A DNA stretch of 63,871 nucleotides, counting the filler, from Octopus bimaculoides (Eukaryota): assembly GCF_001194135.2 (NCBI RefSeq). It is 5 parts of 5 records of this genome, joined end to end, with 100 filler letters (N's around TTAATTAATTAA, not from the genome) between each part and the next. Parts side by side here need not be neighbours in the genome. Positions count along the whole stretch, not along the records: positions 1 to 17,940 come from NC_068997.1; 4 more parts are not named here. One strand, written 5' to 3'. The notes beneath the pieces were generated by a model, which saw only the letters and a list, made by a program, of their open reading frames with translations, did no database searches and was not told the origin of the DNA. This document shows, piece by piece, positions 1-13,224 of this stretch. A program made the position numbers and the translations under genes. Each line of letters starts with the position of its first letter. Position 1 is the stretch's first letter.

Positions 1-600
1 TATATACATATATATATATACGCATGTATGTATGTATATATATATATATATGTATGTATACATACATACAAGCGCACATACATACACAAGTACATACGCA
101 TACAGATATATGTATGTATGGCTCTTTACCTCTACCTCTTCCTCTCTATATTTTTGGGGTTTGTCTGCTTCTGTATCTTCTCTATCTCTACACCTTTGCA
201 TACCTTACCTTTTAGTGTTTCTACCTTTTCTTTGTCCTCTCTATTTCATTCATCCCACTTCTTTCCTTTCCTCTGTCTTTCTTCCTTGTTTCTTTCCTTT
301 CCTGTCATTTATCACACATACATTCATACGTTCCTTCCCTTTTTCTATCTCATTTACCTCCCCTCACCGCTACTACGCTTCCTTCTATATCGCTCACTTT
401 AATTTGATTAAAACCTGAACTCACGTACAGAAATCTCTTGAATGACATGGTGGAGGGCAAAGTTAGGTAGAGTGGTGAACTTCCGCGATTTAGATTAAAT
501 ATATACAAATGTTTAAAAAAAAAATAAGTAGTTTCTTGAAAAGTAAAGAAAAGAGGGTGAGACAGAAAGTAGGGAAAGAGATGAAACAGAGTAGGAGAAA

Positions 601-624
601 GAGAGGGAGAGAGAGAGAGAGAGG

Positions 625-667
<43 letters not shown>
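601..667. repeat. (AG)n microsatellite
   Basis: Near-pure GA dinucleotide run read directly. Confidence 0.95.
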
Positions 668-669
<2 letters not shown>

Positions 670-1379
670 GAAAAATGAGAAAAAGAGTGTGAGAGAAACA
701 GAAATAGGAAGTAAGAGGAAAGAGTGAGATTGGAAGAAGAGAAAATTCAAGAGAAAGAAACGTGGCGAGAGAAGTGAAGAAAACAGAGCTTTAAAATGTT
801 AAAAACCGATAAAACAAATTAAAAAAAAAACAAAATGCGTTGCTATGGTTGCAGGTAGTCAAATTGTGGATAAATTTTGCACTATTTAGATATGAGCCGT
901 TTCAAATATGCGTAGATATATTCTTAAAGAGAACATGCCGAGTATTTTACCATCTTTATACTGTAAAGAAACATGATGTATACAAGAAGCTTTTAAGAAT
1001 ATGTCGTGGCCTAAATCCAATTTGGGATGGAAAGCAAATGCGTGGGTGGCTGATATCTTGGATAAGCCTTTGTAAGATATTTAAGGATTATGAGATGTCT
1101 CTGTGACGATGTTGCAATCGATAATAGCAATGATTTAATAATTGATTGTATAGATCATTAACTATGTTAAATCATCAATTACTCAACACAAATATCTGCT
1201 ATAGTAGTTTTAAAAAATGAAGTTATACGTAAAACTCTTTTCTTGTACTCCTCTACTTATCGTTTCTAGTCATTGGGTTACGACCATGCAGGAGCATCAA
1301 ACTTCAAAACACTGACCAAATATACCTACTTTGGTATATATATTCGGCGTGTGATTCACGCACACGTCCACTCACTCAC

Positions 1380-1411
<32 letters not shown>

Positions 1412-1461
1412 TATATATATATATATATATATAAACATACAAATATATATTTATAGTTATT

Positions 1462-1668
1462 AAGACGGTGAGCTGGCAGAAACGTAAGCACACCGGGAGA
1501 AATGCTGAGCGGTATTTCGTCTGTCTTTACATTCTAAGTTCAAATTCCGCCGAGGTCGACTTTGTCGTTCATCCTTTCAGGGTCGATAAATTAAATACCA
1601 GTTGCGTACTGGGTCGATCTAATCGACTAGCCACATCCCCCAAAATTTCGGGCCTTAAGAATAGAATA
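1462..1668 (+). mobile_element. tRNA-derived SINE, family A (MetaSINE-like core)
   Basis: Head AAGACGGTGAGCTGGCAGAAACGTAAGCAC, B-box-like AAGTTCAAATTCC and core TTCATCCTTTCAGGGTCGATAAATTAAATACCAG, shared with more than 10 other copies in the window. Confidence 0.85.
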
Positions 1669-2319
1669 TATATATATTAAAACAAAACTTGCTCTAGGTG
1701 CTGCTAAGTTAGATCGAACCTAGAATCACTTGGCTGTGAAGCGAACTGCTTAATTACAAAATCACACACGTGTTTTGGTCATATTTCTTACGATTATTTT
1801 ATTTTCCGTTTGGATCAATAATCAATTTTGGCGTTCTATTGACGTCTCCAGAAAAAGAAGAAAAAAAAGCCTCCGGTTTTATATTCTGGATAAAAGAATC
1901 TTAGCAGTGATTCTTATTGCCGTTTTTATTACAGACCAGAACTCTGGAATAAAAGTTGTATGTGTTTCTTAGGATTTCTTTCAGCAATCAGAAGAGATTC
2001 AGCCGTGATTTCTGAAGTTTGTTGTTAGGACGAGGTATTTATATGCTATTTTTTGCTTAATGCATTGCTGTTGCACAGGCATGACTGTATGATTGACAAA
2101 TTCATTTTGCAACCATGTACTGAGTGGCACTTTGGGTAAATGTATTTTATCTAGGTTTGGATCAAGCAAAACCTTGTCAATGAAATTTGAAAGGCAGAAA
2201 CTGTACATTAGAGCGTCGGATAGAATGCTTCGCAGTATTTGTTTCGGCTTTCTGCGTTCTGATTTCAAATCACGTTAAAGTCAAATTCATCGTTCAAGGC
2301 TTGATGAATTAATTACAAC

Positions 2320-2320
<1 letters not shown>

Positions 2321-2350
<30 letters not shown>

Positions 2351-2406
2351 CTTCTTCTTCTTCTTCTTCTTCTTCTTCTTCTTCTTCTTCTTCTTCTTCT
2401 TCTTCT
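2321..2406. repeat. (TCT)n microsatellite
   Basis: Pure trinucleotide run. Confidence 0.95.
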
Positions 2407-3089
2407 CGTCCTCCTCTTTATTCGGGTGTGTTCCGGCTTGAAGAGGGATTTCTTCGGCTATGTTTGAAAATGGTCAAGACACGCTATTACAACATAATCG
2501 GGTGTTGAGGCTTCAAGGCAACTGATCATATATANNNNNNNNNNNNNNNNNNNNNNNNNNNNNNNNNNNNNNNNNNNNNNNNNNNNNNNNNNNNNNNNNN
2601 NNNNNNNNNNNNNNNNNNNNNNNNNNNNNNNNNNNNNNNNNNNNNNNNNNNNNNNNNNNNNNNNNNNNNNNNNNNNNNNNNNNNNNNNNNNNNNNNNNNN
2701 NNNNNNNNNNNNNNNNNNNNNNNNNNNNNNNNNNNNNNNNNNNNNNNNNNNNNNNNNNNNNNNNNNNNNNNNNNNNNNNNNNNNNNNNNNNNNNNNNNNN
2801 NNNNNNNNNNNNNNNNNNNNNNNNNNNNNNNNNNNNNNNNNNNNNNNNNNNNNNNNNNNNNNNNNNNNNNNNNNNNNNNNNNNNNNNNNNNNNNNNNNNN
2901 NNNNNNNNNNNNNNNNNNNNNNNNNNNNNNNNNNNNNNNNNNNNNNNNNNNNNNNNNNNNNNNNNNNNNNNNNNNNNNNNNNNNNNNNNNNNNNNNNNNN
3001 NNNNNNNNNNNNNNNNNNNNNNNNNNNNNNNNNNNNNNNNNNNNNNNNNNNNNNNNNNNNNNNNNNNNNNNNNNNNNNNNNNNNNNNNN

Positions 3090-3130
<41 letters not shown>

Positions 3131-3132
<2 letters not shown>

Positions 3133-3308
3133 TGGTTTCAGATTTCGTCACAAGGCCAACAATTTCAGAAGAGAGTGTAAGTCTATTACATCGACTCCTG
3201 TGCTCAACTGGTACTTATTATATCGACTCCGAAGGGAATGAAAAGTAAAGTTAACCTCGGCAGAATTTGAACTCAAACCGTAAAGATCGATTAAATGTCG
3301 CGTGCTAG
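3131..3308 (-). mobile_element. SINE family A, partial
   Basis: Reverse complement of the family A core (CTCGGCAGAATTTGAACTC; ATCGACTCCGAAGGGAATGAAAAG) with the GGCCTTGTG...TCTGAAACCAAT tail. Confidence 0.8.
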
Positions 3309-3461
3309 GTAGGGTGGGGGCAAATTTGCGCTCTAATAATAAAAGAGTGTCATTAGGTGTACTGTTGAATTTCAGAAAGCATGGAAGTTTTGAAGGATGT
3401 AGTGTCTCGACAGCTAACGACTGATACGGGTAGTTTATTCCATGCTTCAGCAATTCTGAGC

Positions 3462-3940
3462 ATGCAAAATGTTCCCGAAAGTCATGGGTGCTGTGTTGTT
3501 TTCATTTTCAAATTTGTAATTTTTCGTAAATGAGACAAATGTTCGTAAAATGATGATTATTTATATTTTAGAACCATGTCAAAGATGTCATCAATAAATG
3601 AACGTGCTAAAGTTATCCTTCTAATCGACCAGTTGCATTGCAGTTTAATAACCTTCTATCTCGAAAAGACGCCGATTGATCAGTTAACAGTTGGAATGTT
3701 GTTAATAAGGTTTCAAGAAACGAAAAGTGTCCATGATCGAGAACGTAATGGTAGACCCAGAACAGCAACAGATGAAACCACTGCAACAACTGTACTTACT
3801 CATATTCAACGGGGCCCAACAAAATCAACAAGGAAACTATTTCAAGAAACCGGTGTCAGCAGACGTTCGATTTAGTGCATTTTAAAAATTCATATTTTCT
3901 ATCCGTATAAAATACACCTAGATCAGGTGCTACAAGGTGT
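3462..3940 (+). mobile_element. Tc1/mariner transposase 5' remnant (rosa-like N-terminus)
   Basis: ORF 3576-3875 contains RFQETKSVHDRERNGRPR...STRKLFQETGVSRRSI, followed by an FYPYKIHL-like motif: the HTH region of Tc1/mariner transposases, resembling the element at 39764. Confidence 0.7.
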
Positions 3941-4406
3941 CTACCATTGACGGGTTTCTGGCTCTTTTATTGAGCAACCATGTTGTGGGATACACGTGTT
4001 TCATATCGCTGGATTTATTAGAAAGGTTGAAAAAGAGGGAGTTATTACCACTGCCGCCATCAATGCCAGAGTTATTGCCATATTGTTATTAATACATAAA
4101 CATGTGTACATGTGAACATATGTATGCGTGTGTGTGTGTGTGTATATATGTGCGAGTGTGTGTGTGTGTGTGTGTGCGTGTGTGTGTGTGTGTGTGTGTA
4201 CGCGCACAAGTAAAAGAATATAAGGCTGGGTGCATGGATGGATAAATTGAGTGAGGCGCGAGCTCACGATATCTGGACAGATATCAACTGACCACAAAAA
4301 TAGACGCCAATAAAAGTGACAGCAATCCAAGTTTGTTGACAATAAGAACACAAAAAATTATAGTGACAACAATATAACATAATATACCATATGTGTATGT
4401 ATGCAT

Positions 4407-4444
<38 letters not shown>

Positions 4445-5194
4445 GAGTGTGTATGTATATATGTTTATACATGTATGTCCTTGTGTGTGTGTGTGTGTGT
4501 ATATATATAAATATATATACACACACTTATGTTCACGAATAGCGATAACAAAAACAACAAGCACACATACCTACATCTTCATCATCAACCTAATTCCATT
4601 TACACATAGTCACGCCCACTCAGAGGTATACGACACGTTCACACATTCACTTAAACATAGAAATTCCAGGGACAAAAAGGAAAAGGCTGTTGCGAGGAAA
4701 TAAAAAAATGTGAATTGTTACGGTGTTCTTTTTTACAAATTGTTCAATTTTACAAATTGATTCATATATTATCACACACATACCCCCCCCCCCNNNNNNN
4801 NNNNNNNNNNNNNNNNNNNNNNNNNNNNNNNNNNNNNNNNNNNNNNNNNNNNNNNNNNNNNNNNNNNNNNNNNNNNNNNNNNNNNNNNNNNNNNNNNNNN
4901 NNNNNNNNNNNNNNNNNNNNNNNNNNNNNNNNNNNNNNNNNNNNNNNNNNNNNNNNNNNNNNNNNNNNNNNNNNNNNNNNNNNNNNNNNNNNNNNNNNNN
5001 NNNNNNNNNNNNNNNNNNNNNNNNNNNNNNNNNNNNNNNNNNNNNNNNNNNNNNNNNNNNNNNNNNNNNNNNNNNNNNNNNNNNNNNNNNNNNNNNNNNN
5101 NNNNNNNNNNNNNNNNNNNNNNNNNNNNNNNNNNNNNNNNNNNNNNNNNNNNNNNNNNNNNNNNNNNNNNNNNNNNNNNNNNNNNNNNNNNNNN

Positions 5195-5271
<77 letters not shown>

Positions 5272-5671
5272 GAGGCACTCACAAATGGCATGATACACGA
5301 ACATACATACACCTACTTACACTTCACAATACCATTTCAACACCATTTCACAGTATGTATATCAAGACCATAGTAAAACAGAACATACATACATATATAC
5401 ATACATATATGCATACATACTTGCATACATACATACATACAGACATACAGACATACATACATACATACATACAGACATACAGACATACATGCGTATGTAT
5501 GTACATACAACAAATTAGAGGGCATCAATGAAAATCCCTGTATACCCCTTCATAAGAACACGCAAAGCCTTAAAGCCGTTCGCTAACGCACTCATACAGC
5601 CACACTTAAATGATACGCACGCGCGACTGACACAAAATCATACACAGCACATAGACTCGTATATCTATATA

Positions 5672-6950
5672 CAGGGTGTGATGAGTAAATTAGTGTCATT
5701 TTATATTTTTAATTTCGCGCATGCGCATTGTTTGTTTTTGATTTTGTGGACTACACAGTATAGTAGGGTCAGTTGGGCACCGTTTGTCAGAAAAGCAGCA
5801 CCATGACGGAAGTTGCTCTGCCAGAAATTTGGAAACGGCATGCTGTACTGCTTGACATTCGCGTCGGAAGCTCCAATACGAACATTTCAGAGTGTTTGGG
5901 TGTCAATCTAAGGACAGTGCAGAGGATTGGCAAAGAGTCTAATGGTGATTACGAAAGTGCGGCAGCTCAGAAAGTTCACTCTGATCGTTCTGATAAGAAA
6001 AGAACTCCTGAATTTGTTAATGAGGTCCAGGCCATGATTGACAACAATCCCACCAAGTCCATCACCAGGGACATGGGAGTGCTTGAGTTTCTTATCAATC
6101 AGGTAGTGCATGAAGACATTCCGTATTCCTCATACAAGATGAGAAAGGGTCAATTTTTATCCCAAGCCATCAAGGACAAGACCGCGCGACGAAGCTTTTG
6201 AACAAACTCAAGCACCCCCTCCAACCGAACATGTTTTGATTTTTCTGAGATGAGAAAAAATTCTGCCAGGATCAGATGCTGAACACACAGAACAACTGTT
6301 GGCTTGCCGTGTCCCCTAAACATGTACCGAGAGTGAAAAAAATCAAACATGCAGTCAACATTATCGTGTTTGGAGTGATCACTAGTGATGGTGACGTTAT
6401 GCATCCATTCATCTACCCACACAGATTCAGACTCAACATGGAGGCCTACATCAAGTGCCTGGAGGAGATAGTGCTGCCCTGAGTTAAGAGAGTGGCTGCT
6501 GGAAGACCCTATGTCCAGCAACAGAATTCTGCACCATGCCACACATGCAGGAGAACCCAGTCATGGCTGTCAGACAATTTCTTTGACCATATCACCCCTA
6601 ACATCTGGCCACCTAACTCCCCAGATTGCAATCCCCTTGATTATTATGTGATGGGCGCAGTTGAGCGAGAAACCAACAAAACGCCTTGTATCACCAAAGA
6701 TGAACTGAAGGCAAGGATTACGGCAGCACTCGCCAACTTAAACAAGGAGACCGTCCAGAAAGGCTGCAAGAGATTCCGAAGTCGTCTGGAGGCCGCGGTT
6801 GAAGCCAATGGCGATTTTATTGAATAGATTTACTCTTTAGTATTTCAAGATAGTTTTATGTAATTTTGGTAAACATATCTGTTAAAATGAAATGTCACTG
6901 TTAGTTTCCTTTTTGCATAATTTAGACGACAATTTATTTACCACATCCTG
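5672..6950 (+). mobile_element. Decayed full-length Tc1/mariner DNA transposon, DD37D (maT-like)
   Basis: Imperfect TIRs CAGGGTGTGATGAGTAAATT (5672) and reverse complement CAGGATGTGGTAAATAAATT (ending 6950); left TA site, right CA. Broken transposase 5803-6827 with DEKKF, QQNSAPCH (D to N) and WPPNSPDCNPLDY; 37 residues between the second and third catalytic positions. Confidence 0.9.
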
Positions 6951-7210
6951 CATATTGTGTTGTGGCAATATACACAATAACAATTCAACAGTAACAACAT
7001 ATAATATCGCAACAACAGCTACAGACAGCATCAACATAATTATACACACTCTCAATAAGAGCACCATTAAACTTTCACACATCCCTATTCATACACAACT
7101 AACTCATACGGATACATACACATATATGAAATTAGACAGCACCATAAACACACACACAACCATACCGTTACAAAATGAATATAGAAGCAACTCAGCGCGC
7201 GCGCGCACAT

Positions 7211-7253
<43 letters not shown>

Positions 7254-7907
7254 AACACACACACACATACACGCACAAACACATACACATTTCATAACAA
7301 TACATTAAAACGTACAATTATCACAATACACAAAACTGACAACAGTATATTTGTTGTTATTACACACAGGCACACACACATCTATCTATCTATTTATCTA
7401 TTTATCTGCCTGCCTGCCTGTCTGTCTGTCTGTCTATCTATCTGTGTGTGTGCGTGTGTGTACACAAACATTGATGCGCAACGTATCAATTATCTCGCCT
7501 GTTGTTCTCGTATGTAAGAAAAAGCTTTCCTTCCCATTCACCTCCGAGCATTATCACTCGCAACCATTTTCTTTATGATCTGTCGCATTTCTTCCCAATT
7601 CCCGTTTTCCCTTCCCCTTTCTACAATTTTCCATCAATTTAACTTTTAGAAGAACTTGAAACTCAAAAGGTCAAAGACACTTCTACTTTTTTCTTTCTCC
7701 TTGAACATCAAACTAATAATTACACTTACACACACACGCACGCACGCACGCACATGCACACATTATGTGTATGTGTGTAAATATATGCAATTATAGATAT
7801 ACGTGGTGTATGTATGTATATATATAACAATGAAAATAACATGAAAGAACACTTAAAAAGTAAATCATTATAACTTATTTTTCGATTTGTCTTTCATGAT
7901 AGGTTCA

Positions 7908-7960
<53 letters not shown>

Positions 7961-8128
7961 AATGAATGCATATGTGTATTTGCATAAATGCATATAAATG
8001 CATACATATATATTTATATACATCACATAATCATGCATGTTGATTTTATGAATATAAATCATATATTAATATATGAATGAAATAAGTTTAAAGAGTAGTT
8101 TTTCTGATTGTATTATATAATGGTATTT

Positions 8129-8347
8129 AAAGTGCCGATCTGGCAGAATCGTTGGCACGCCGGACAAAATGTTTAACAGCATTTCGTCCGTCTTTGCGTT
8201 CTCAGATCCAATTCCGTAGTTGTCGAATTTAACTTTCATCCTTTCAGGGTCGATAAAAAAAGTACTTGTCTAGTACTTGGGTAGACGTAATCGACCAGCA
8301 CCTCTCCCAATATTTCAGGCCTTGTGCCTTATAGTAGAAAGGATTAT
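8129..8347 (+). mobile_element. SINE family A
   Basis: TGGCAGAATCGTTGGCACGCCGG head, TTTCATCCTTTCAGGGTCGATAA core, GGCCTTGTGCCTTATAGTAGAAAGGATTA tail. Confidence 0.85.
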
Positions 8348-8364
8348 ATAATAGTACTTCTTAC

Positions 8365-8576
8365 ATTGGTTTCAGATTTTGGCACAAGGTCAGCAATTTT
8401 AGGGGAAGGGGTAAGTCGATTACATTGACCCAAGTGCTCAAATGGTAACTACTCTACCCGAAAGGATAAAAGGCGAAGTCAACCTCGGCGGAATTTGAAT
8501 TCAGAACGTAACGACCGACGAAGTACTGTTAAAAATTTTGCCTGGCGTGCTAACGAGTCTGCCAGCTCATCGCCTT
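8365..8576 (-). mobile_element. SINE family A
   Basis: Reverse complement reads AAGGCGATGAGCTGGCAGACTCGTTAGCACGCC...GAATTCAAATTCCGCCGAGG through to the TCTGAAACCAAT tail. Confidence 0.85.
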
Positions 8577-8589
8577 GTGGTACAAACGC

Positions 8590-8661
8590 GTCCCCGGCAG
8601 ATAATTGCACCCCGGTCTCCCGCGTGACAGACGGGGAAACTTATCACTATACTACCGGTTA
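8590..8661 (-). pseudogene. tRNA-Asp(GTC) pseudogene
   Basis: Reverse complement TAACCGGTAGTATAGTGATAAGTTTCCCCGTCTGTCACGCGGGAGACCGGGGTGCAATTATCTGCCGGGGAC closely follows eukaryotic tRNA-Asp. The anticodon arm CCCGT-CTGTCAC-GCGGG is intact, but the T-arm/B-box and acceptor stem are mutated. Confidence 0.85.
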
Positions 8662-8989
8662 TTAACTATCACTATAGGACCGGTTAATACTTCTTATATT
8701 AAAAACAATAGTTAAATGCATGTACCAGTATCAAGAAAAAGATTTATCTAATATTGATGTTACCAAAGTCATGGTATTAAACACGATAAGTATGGTAGTG
8801 ATAATGCTTAAATTTATTGTATCAAAAAGGTGTGTAACTGCAAAGTAAGTATAAAATAAAAATTTTCATATAGTGTAGATCGAGAACTGTTTTGTTAAGC
8901 GTCTGCCATTGGGAAGTTTTGAGTAAATTACAAGATGTCTCAAACAAAACGAAGGTCTTAAAAGAGCGTATGATCCAAGGGAAGATGGC

Positions 8990-9669
8990 AGCTCACCCGT
9001 ATCGACTTCTCATGGCCAGATATTGTTCACTGAAAGAAAATACCGCGCTACGTGCTTTTATCATAGTACTTAATAACAACTCAACGATAGAGGACAACGT
9101 AATTGTTTCTATTTGTTAAAAAGTAGAAATATCCCAGTAAGCCAAGACTCCATTATAAAAAATCATGGAAAGGATGACATTCTTCTGGAAATCTAAAAGT
9201 TCAGAACCAAAACATTGCTCCTAAAATCTTTCTGGGTAATTTAAATTCATTTGGAAAGCTTGTTCTGTTCCTCTGAGTTACAAGGATGTCTCTATAAGAA
9301 CATCTCTTCAAGAATGAAGAAAGAATAGATATTTGTGACAATTTACGTGGTGTGTCTCTCCTTCGTATTGCAGGGAAAATTATTGCACGCGCCAACCAGA
9401 ATAGAACAACCCCCCCCCGTCTCACGTTTCTTTGCACTAATTTGCAATGTGGTTTCCGAGTAGGTCGTAGAACATTGATATAATCTTTTCTGCCTCGAAA
9501 GATGGTCATAAAAGTCCGTAAAAAATCAGCAACTTCTTTATATAGTCTTCCTCAATGTGACCAAGGTTATTGTCGTCTTATTCGATGAATGAATGAAGGA
9601 GTATGTCAAATTCGATGAAGGGTTTTTTAGTCTGTATCGATTTATCTCTCTCTCTTTCTCTCACTCACT

Positions 9670-9700
<31 letters not shown>

Positions 9701-9701
9701 C

Positions 9702-9750
<49 letters not shown>

Positions 9751-9845
9751 GCTCGCTTCCTCTTGATTTTTATTTTGTTGATGACGCTGCACTTATGTCA
9801 ACATCAATCGAAGAACTCCATCGATTGCTTTTCGTTCGTTAACTA
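8990..9845 (+). mobile_element. RTE-clade LINE fragment (decayed RT)
   Basis: Translations NLRGVSLLRIAGKIIAR, QCGFRVGRRT and FVDDAALMSTSIEEL; interrupted by a (TATC)n run at about 9670-9750. Confidence 0.75.
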
Positions 9846-9989
9846 AAGGAATTTGTCAGACAACATAATCCTTTGAAAAACTCTACAATCGTGTTTGAAA
9901 TGAAATCGGTGAGTACCTAGGCGTAATACCCACTACTTTCCACATAACCGTGGATCTATATAAAATCCACATTAATCAACTCGAAGGTT

Positions 9990-10240
9990 CTTCACAAACG
10001 CCGTCTAAATTTCATCTGCAGTTATTAATGCGGGACAAAAATGTACAATTCCTATCTACTTCCGAAATGTAACCCAATCATAGCTGAAATAGTTTGGTCA
10101 TGTCATCAGAATGAATGATGGCCGAATACCTCAAATCCTCAGGTATATCCAACTTCATGACATTACATAGAACATAGGTAAGCCATAGCTGTGCTTGAAG
10201 CGTAAGCTGAAGCATAAGATTGCTAAACCTTTCAAAAGCA
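9990..10240 (-). mobile_element. Possible CR1/L2-type RT fragment
   Basis: PEDLRYSAIIHSDDMTKLF resembles the RT xADD motif, followed by a QMKF-like motif; very degraded. Confidence 0.35.
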
Positions 10241-10245
10241 GCTTT

Positions 10246-10246
10246 A

Positions 10247-10311
<65 letters not shown>
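10246..10311. repeat. (GTA)n microsatellite
   Basis: Pure trinucleotide run. Confidence 0.95.
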
Positions 10312-12059
10312 TGGAGACATGCGTTGTAAACAGCGCGTCGTTGCATCCACCATTTGTTGGTGGTTCCCTACTCTTGGCAGATGATGCCTTTGCACCACTC
10401 ACGCAAAGCCGCACGAACCCATTTGTTTTGTCTGGGTAGTCGCTGTTAATGAGAGTTTTACAAGGTCGGAAGCAAATCCTACTTCAACGTCTTTCAGCCT
10501 CCTTTTACAACACGTTGTATTATTCTTTGAGATGCCGGTGCCCACAGAGAACCGAGACAGCTTTATGATTTAGTTTAATCCACTATGGTACTTAACTTCA
10601 TGTAAGAGAAAGGAAAAAAAAAGAAGGAAGGGCCTATGTCCACTTCGTGACTGGTGAGAGGGAGGGAGGAGGATATCCTGAAACCAGGTTGCTGATCTGA
10701 ATGCTTGCAACAGAATGGATTTGGTAAAGGTACTCAAAGGCTCATGTGGTGTCTCTAAACAGGGCGACAGAATTTGAATTCAGAATGCAGAGAGCCAAAT
10801 AAAATATCGGATGGCATCCGGTTCGAAGTCCTTACAGTTTTTCCGATACATCGCCACTTTGGATTGTTTTTTTATTTGATCGATCCTGAAAGGTTTGTGT
10901 AATAACCATTTGCACAGGCTTCCTCTGAGATATGGGATATATTTTTAAAGATTCTCCAAAAGTAAAAGGATGTTGGGACACGCTGGTTTGGAGAGATTCA
11001 TAATGTAAATGTTGACTGGATAGCTAAAGTTTAGCTATAAATGTTTTCAAGTTGAAGAGATTAGGTAGATATTGAAGATTTAGATACAAATTGCATGTAG
11101 ATGTCCATAGGATGCAGAGCGCAAAAAAAAAAGAAAAAAACGAAAAGCAAAAACTAATAATAATAATATGTATATATGTTGGTCAGGTCAATAGAAATTG
11201 TATATATGTTGGCTATTAATGTCTGCAAAACACTGTCTAGACAAAGTTTATAGATATGCAGACACTTCCCGAATCTCTGCTAAGTATCACTTAAGATTAG
11301 CCATAAAGCTGTCACTGGTATTGTTATTGTAGTTGTTATTGCTGTAACTGTTGTTATCGTTATTACTATTGGTATTAAGACTGTATATAGTCAATAAATA
11401 AGTACTTGTTCATGGTCCTTTTACCACTGTCGTGTTGAATGCCAGTCTCTCAATTAAGTGTATTATTACTATTATTATTAGTTGTGTTAATCTCACTACG
11501 TAGCAGACGATTCTGTTGAATTAACACAGAGGAGAACAGTGATCACAACAATCTCTGATATTAAAAATAGAATTTATTTATTCATTCATTTATTCTATCT
11601 TTTTTTTTTTCGATCCCTTTTGATCGCCCCCCCCCTTTTGATCGAACTCCCCGCTTTTTCCTTCCTACGATCCCTNNNNNNNNNNNNNNNNNNNNNNNNN
11701 NNNNNNNNNNNNNNNNNNNNNNNNNNNNNNNNNNNNNNNNNNNNNNNNNNNNNNNNNNNNNNNNNNNNNNNNNNNNNNNNNNNNNNNNNNNNNNNNNNNN
11801 NNNNNNNNNNNNNNNNNNNNNNNNNNNNNNNNNNNNNNNNNNNNNNNNNNNNNNNNNNNNNNNNNNNNNNNNNNNNNNNNNNNNNNNNNNNNNNNNNNNN
11901 NNNNNNNNNNNNNNNNNNNNNNNNNNNNNNNNNNNNNNNNNNNNNNNNNNNNNNNNNNNNNNNNNNNNNNNNNNNNNNNNNNNNNNNNNNNTATATATAT
12001 ATATATATATGCATACACATATATATGCATACACATATATATGCATACACATATATTTG

Positions 12060-12278
12060 TGTGTCTGTGTCTGTGTTTGTCTCCCCCCAACATCGGTTGG
12101 CAACCGATGTTGGTGTGTTTACGTCCCTGGAATTTAGCGGTTCAGCGAAAGTGACCGATAGAATAAGTACTAGGCTTATAAAGAATACGTCCTGCGGTCG
12201 ATTTCTTCGACTAAAAAAATCCTTTTGAGGTAGGGATCCAGCATAGCTGCAGTTAAATGACTGAAACAAAGGAATACG
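12060..12278 (+). mobile_element. tRNA-derived SINE family B (Octopus OK-like), 3' half
   Basis: CAACCGATGTTGGTGTGTTTACGTCCC...TTAGCGGTTCAGC...GATAGAATAAGTACTAGGCTT...ATGACTGAAAC matches the reverse complement of the full copy at 37690-38092. Confidence 0.8.
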
Positions 12279-12338
12279 TACATATATATATTTGTGTGTA
12301 TATATATATACATATATATACACACAAATATATATATG

Positions 12339-12373
<35 letters not shown>

Positions 12374-12444
12374 ATATATTTGTATATATGTATATATATG
12401 CATATGTATATGTATATATGTATGTATATATATATGTATTTATG

Positions 12445-12475
<31 letters not shown>

Positions 12476-12613
12476 ATAAATATACATGTATATATATGTA
12501 TATGCACGCACACATATACACAAACGGACACCTCAGCAAATATATGCATTTATGTATGCACACCTTCCTTCTAGCTATTAAATTTGCTCATAATTTTTCT
12601 GACTATTGACAAA

Positions 12614-12646
<33 letters not shown>

Positions 12647-12847
12647 GTCATCATCATCAGTTCACTGGTTGTTGCCATTTTTGGACTCTGAACGAATCAA
12701 CATGCGCCATAACAATTTTCACTACATTCATTAACACCAACTCAAAGCCAATCTTACTCACACGCACGGGCGCGCGCGCATAGACATGCACATGTAATAT
12801 AATGTAAATATAATATGATGTGTGCATGTGCGTGTGTGTGTGTTTGT

Positions 12848-12898
<51 letters not shown>

Positions 12899-13038
12899 CC
12901 TAACCATATTATAATATATACAAAGACAGAGAGAAAGAATGAGAGAGAGAGAGAGAGAGGATGTGGGAGACATAGGTAAATGGACGGTTAAATAAACGCA
13001 CGGACACGTTTGTAAAGGAACATTTATCTATCTACCTA

Positions 13039-13069
<31 letters not shown>

Positions 13070-13188
13070 TTCTGTCTGTTTATCTATCTATCTATTTATA
13101 TACATATATCTGTATATGTATATACATACACACGCACAAGCATACACTCACAAACGTACATACGTACATACACACACACATACATAAA

Positions 13189-13224
<36 letters not shown>

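Noticed and set aside
840-1106. 88-aa ORF, and ORFs 1999-2268 and 2093-2278, in non-repetitive sequence
   Set aside because: No recognisable domain, splice context or codon signal; lengths are compatible with chance.
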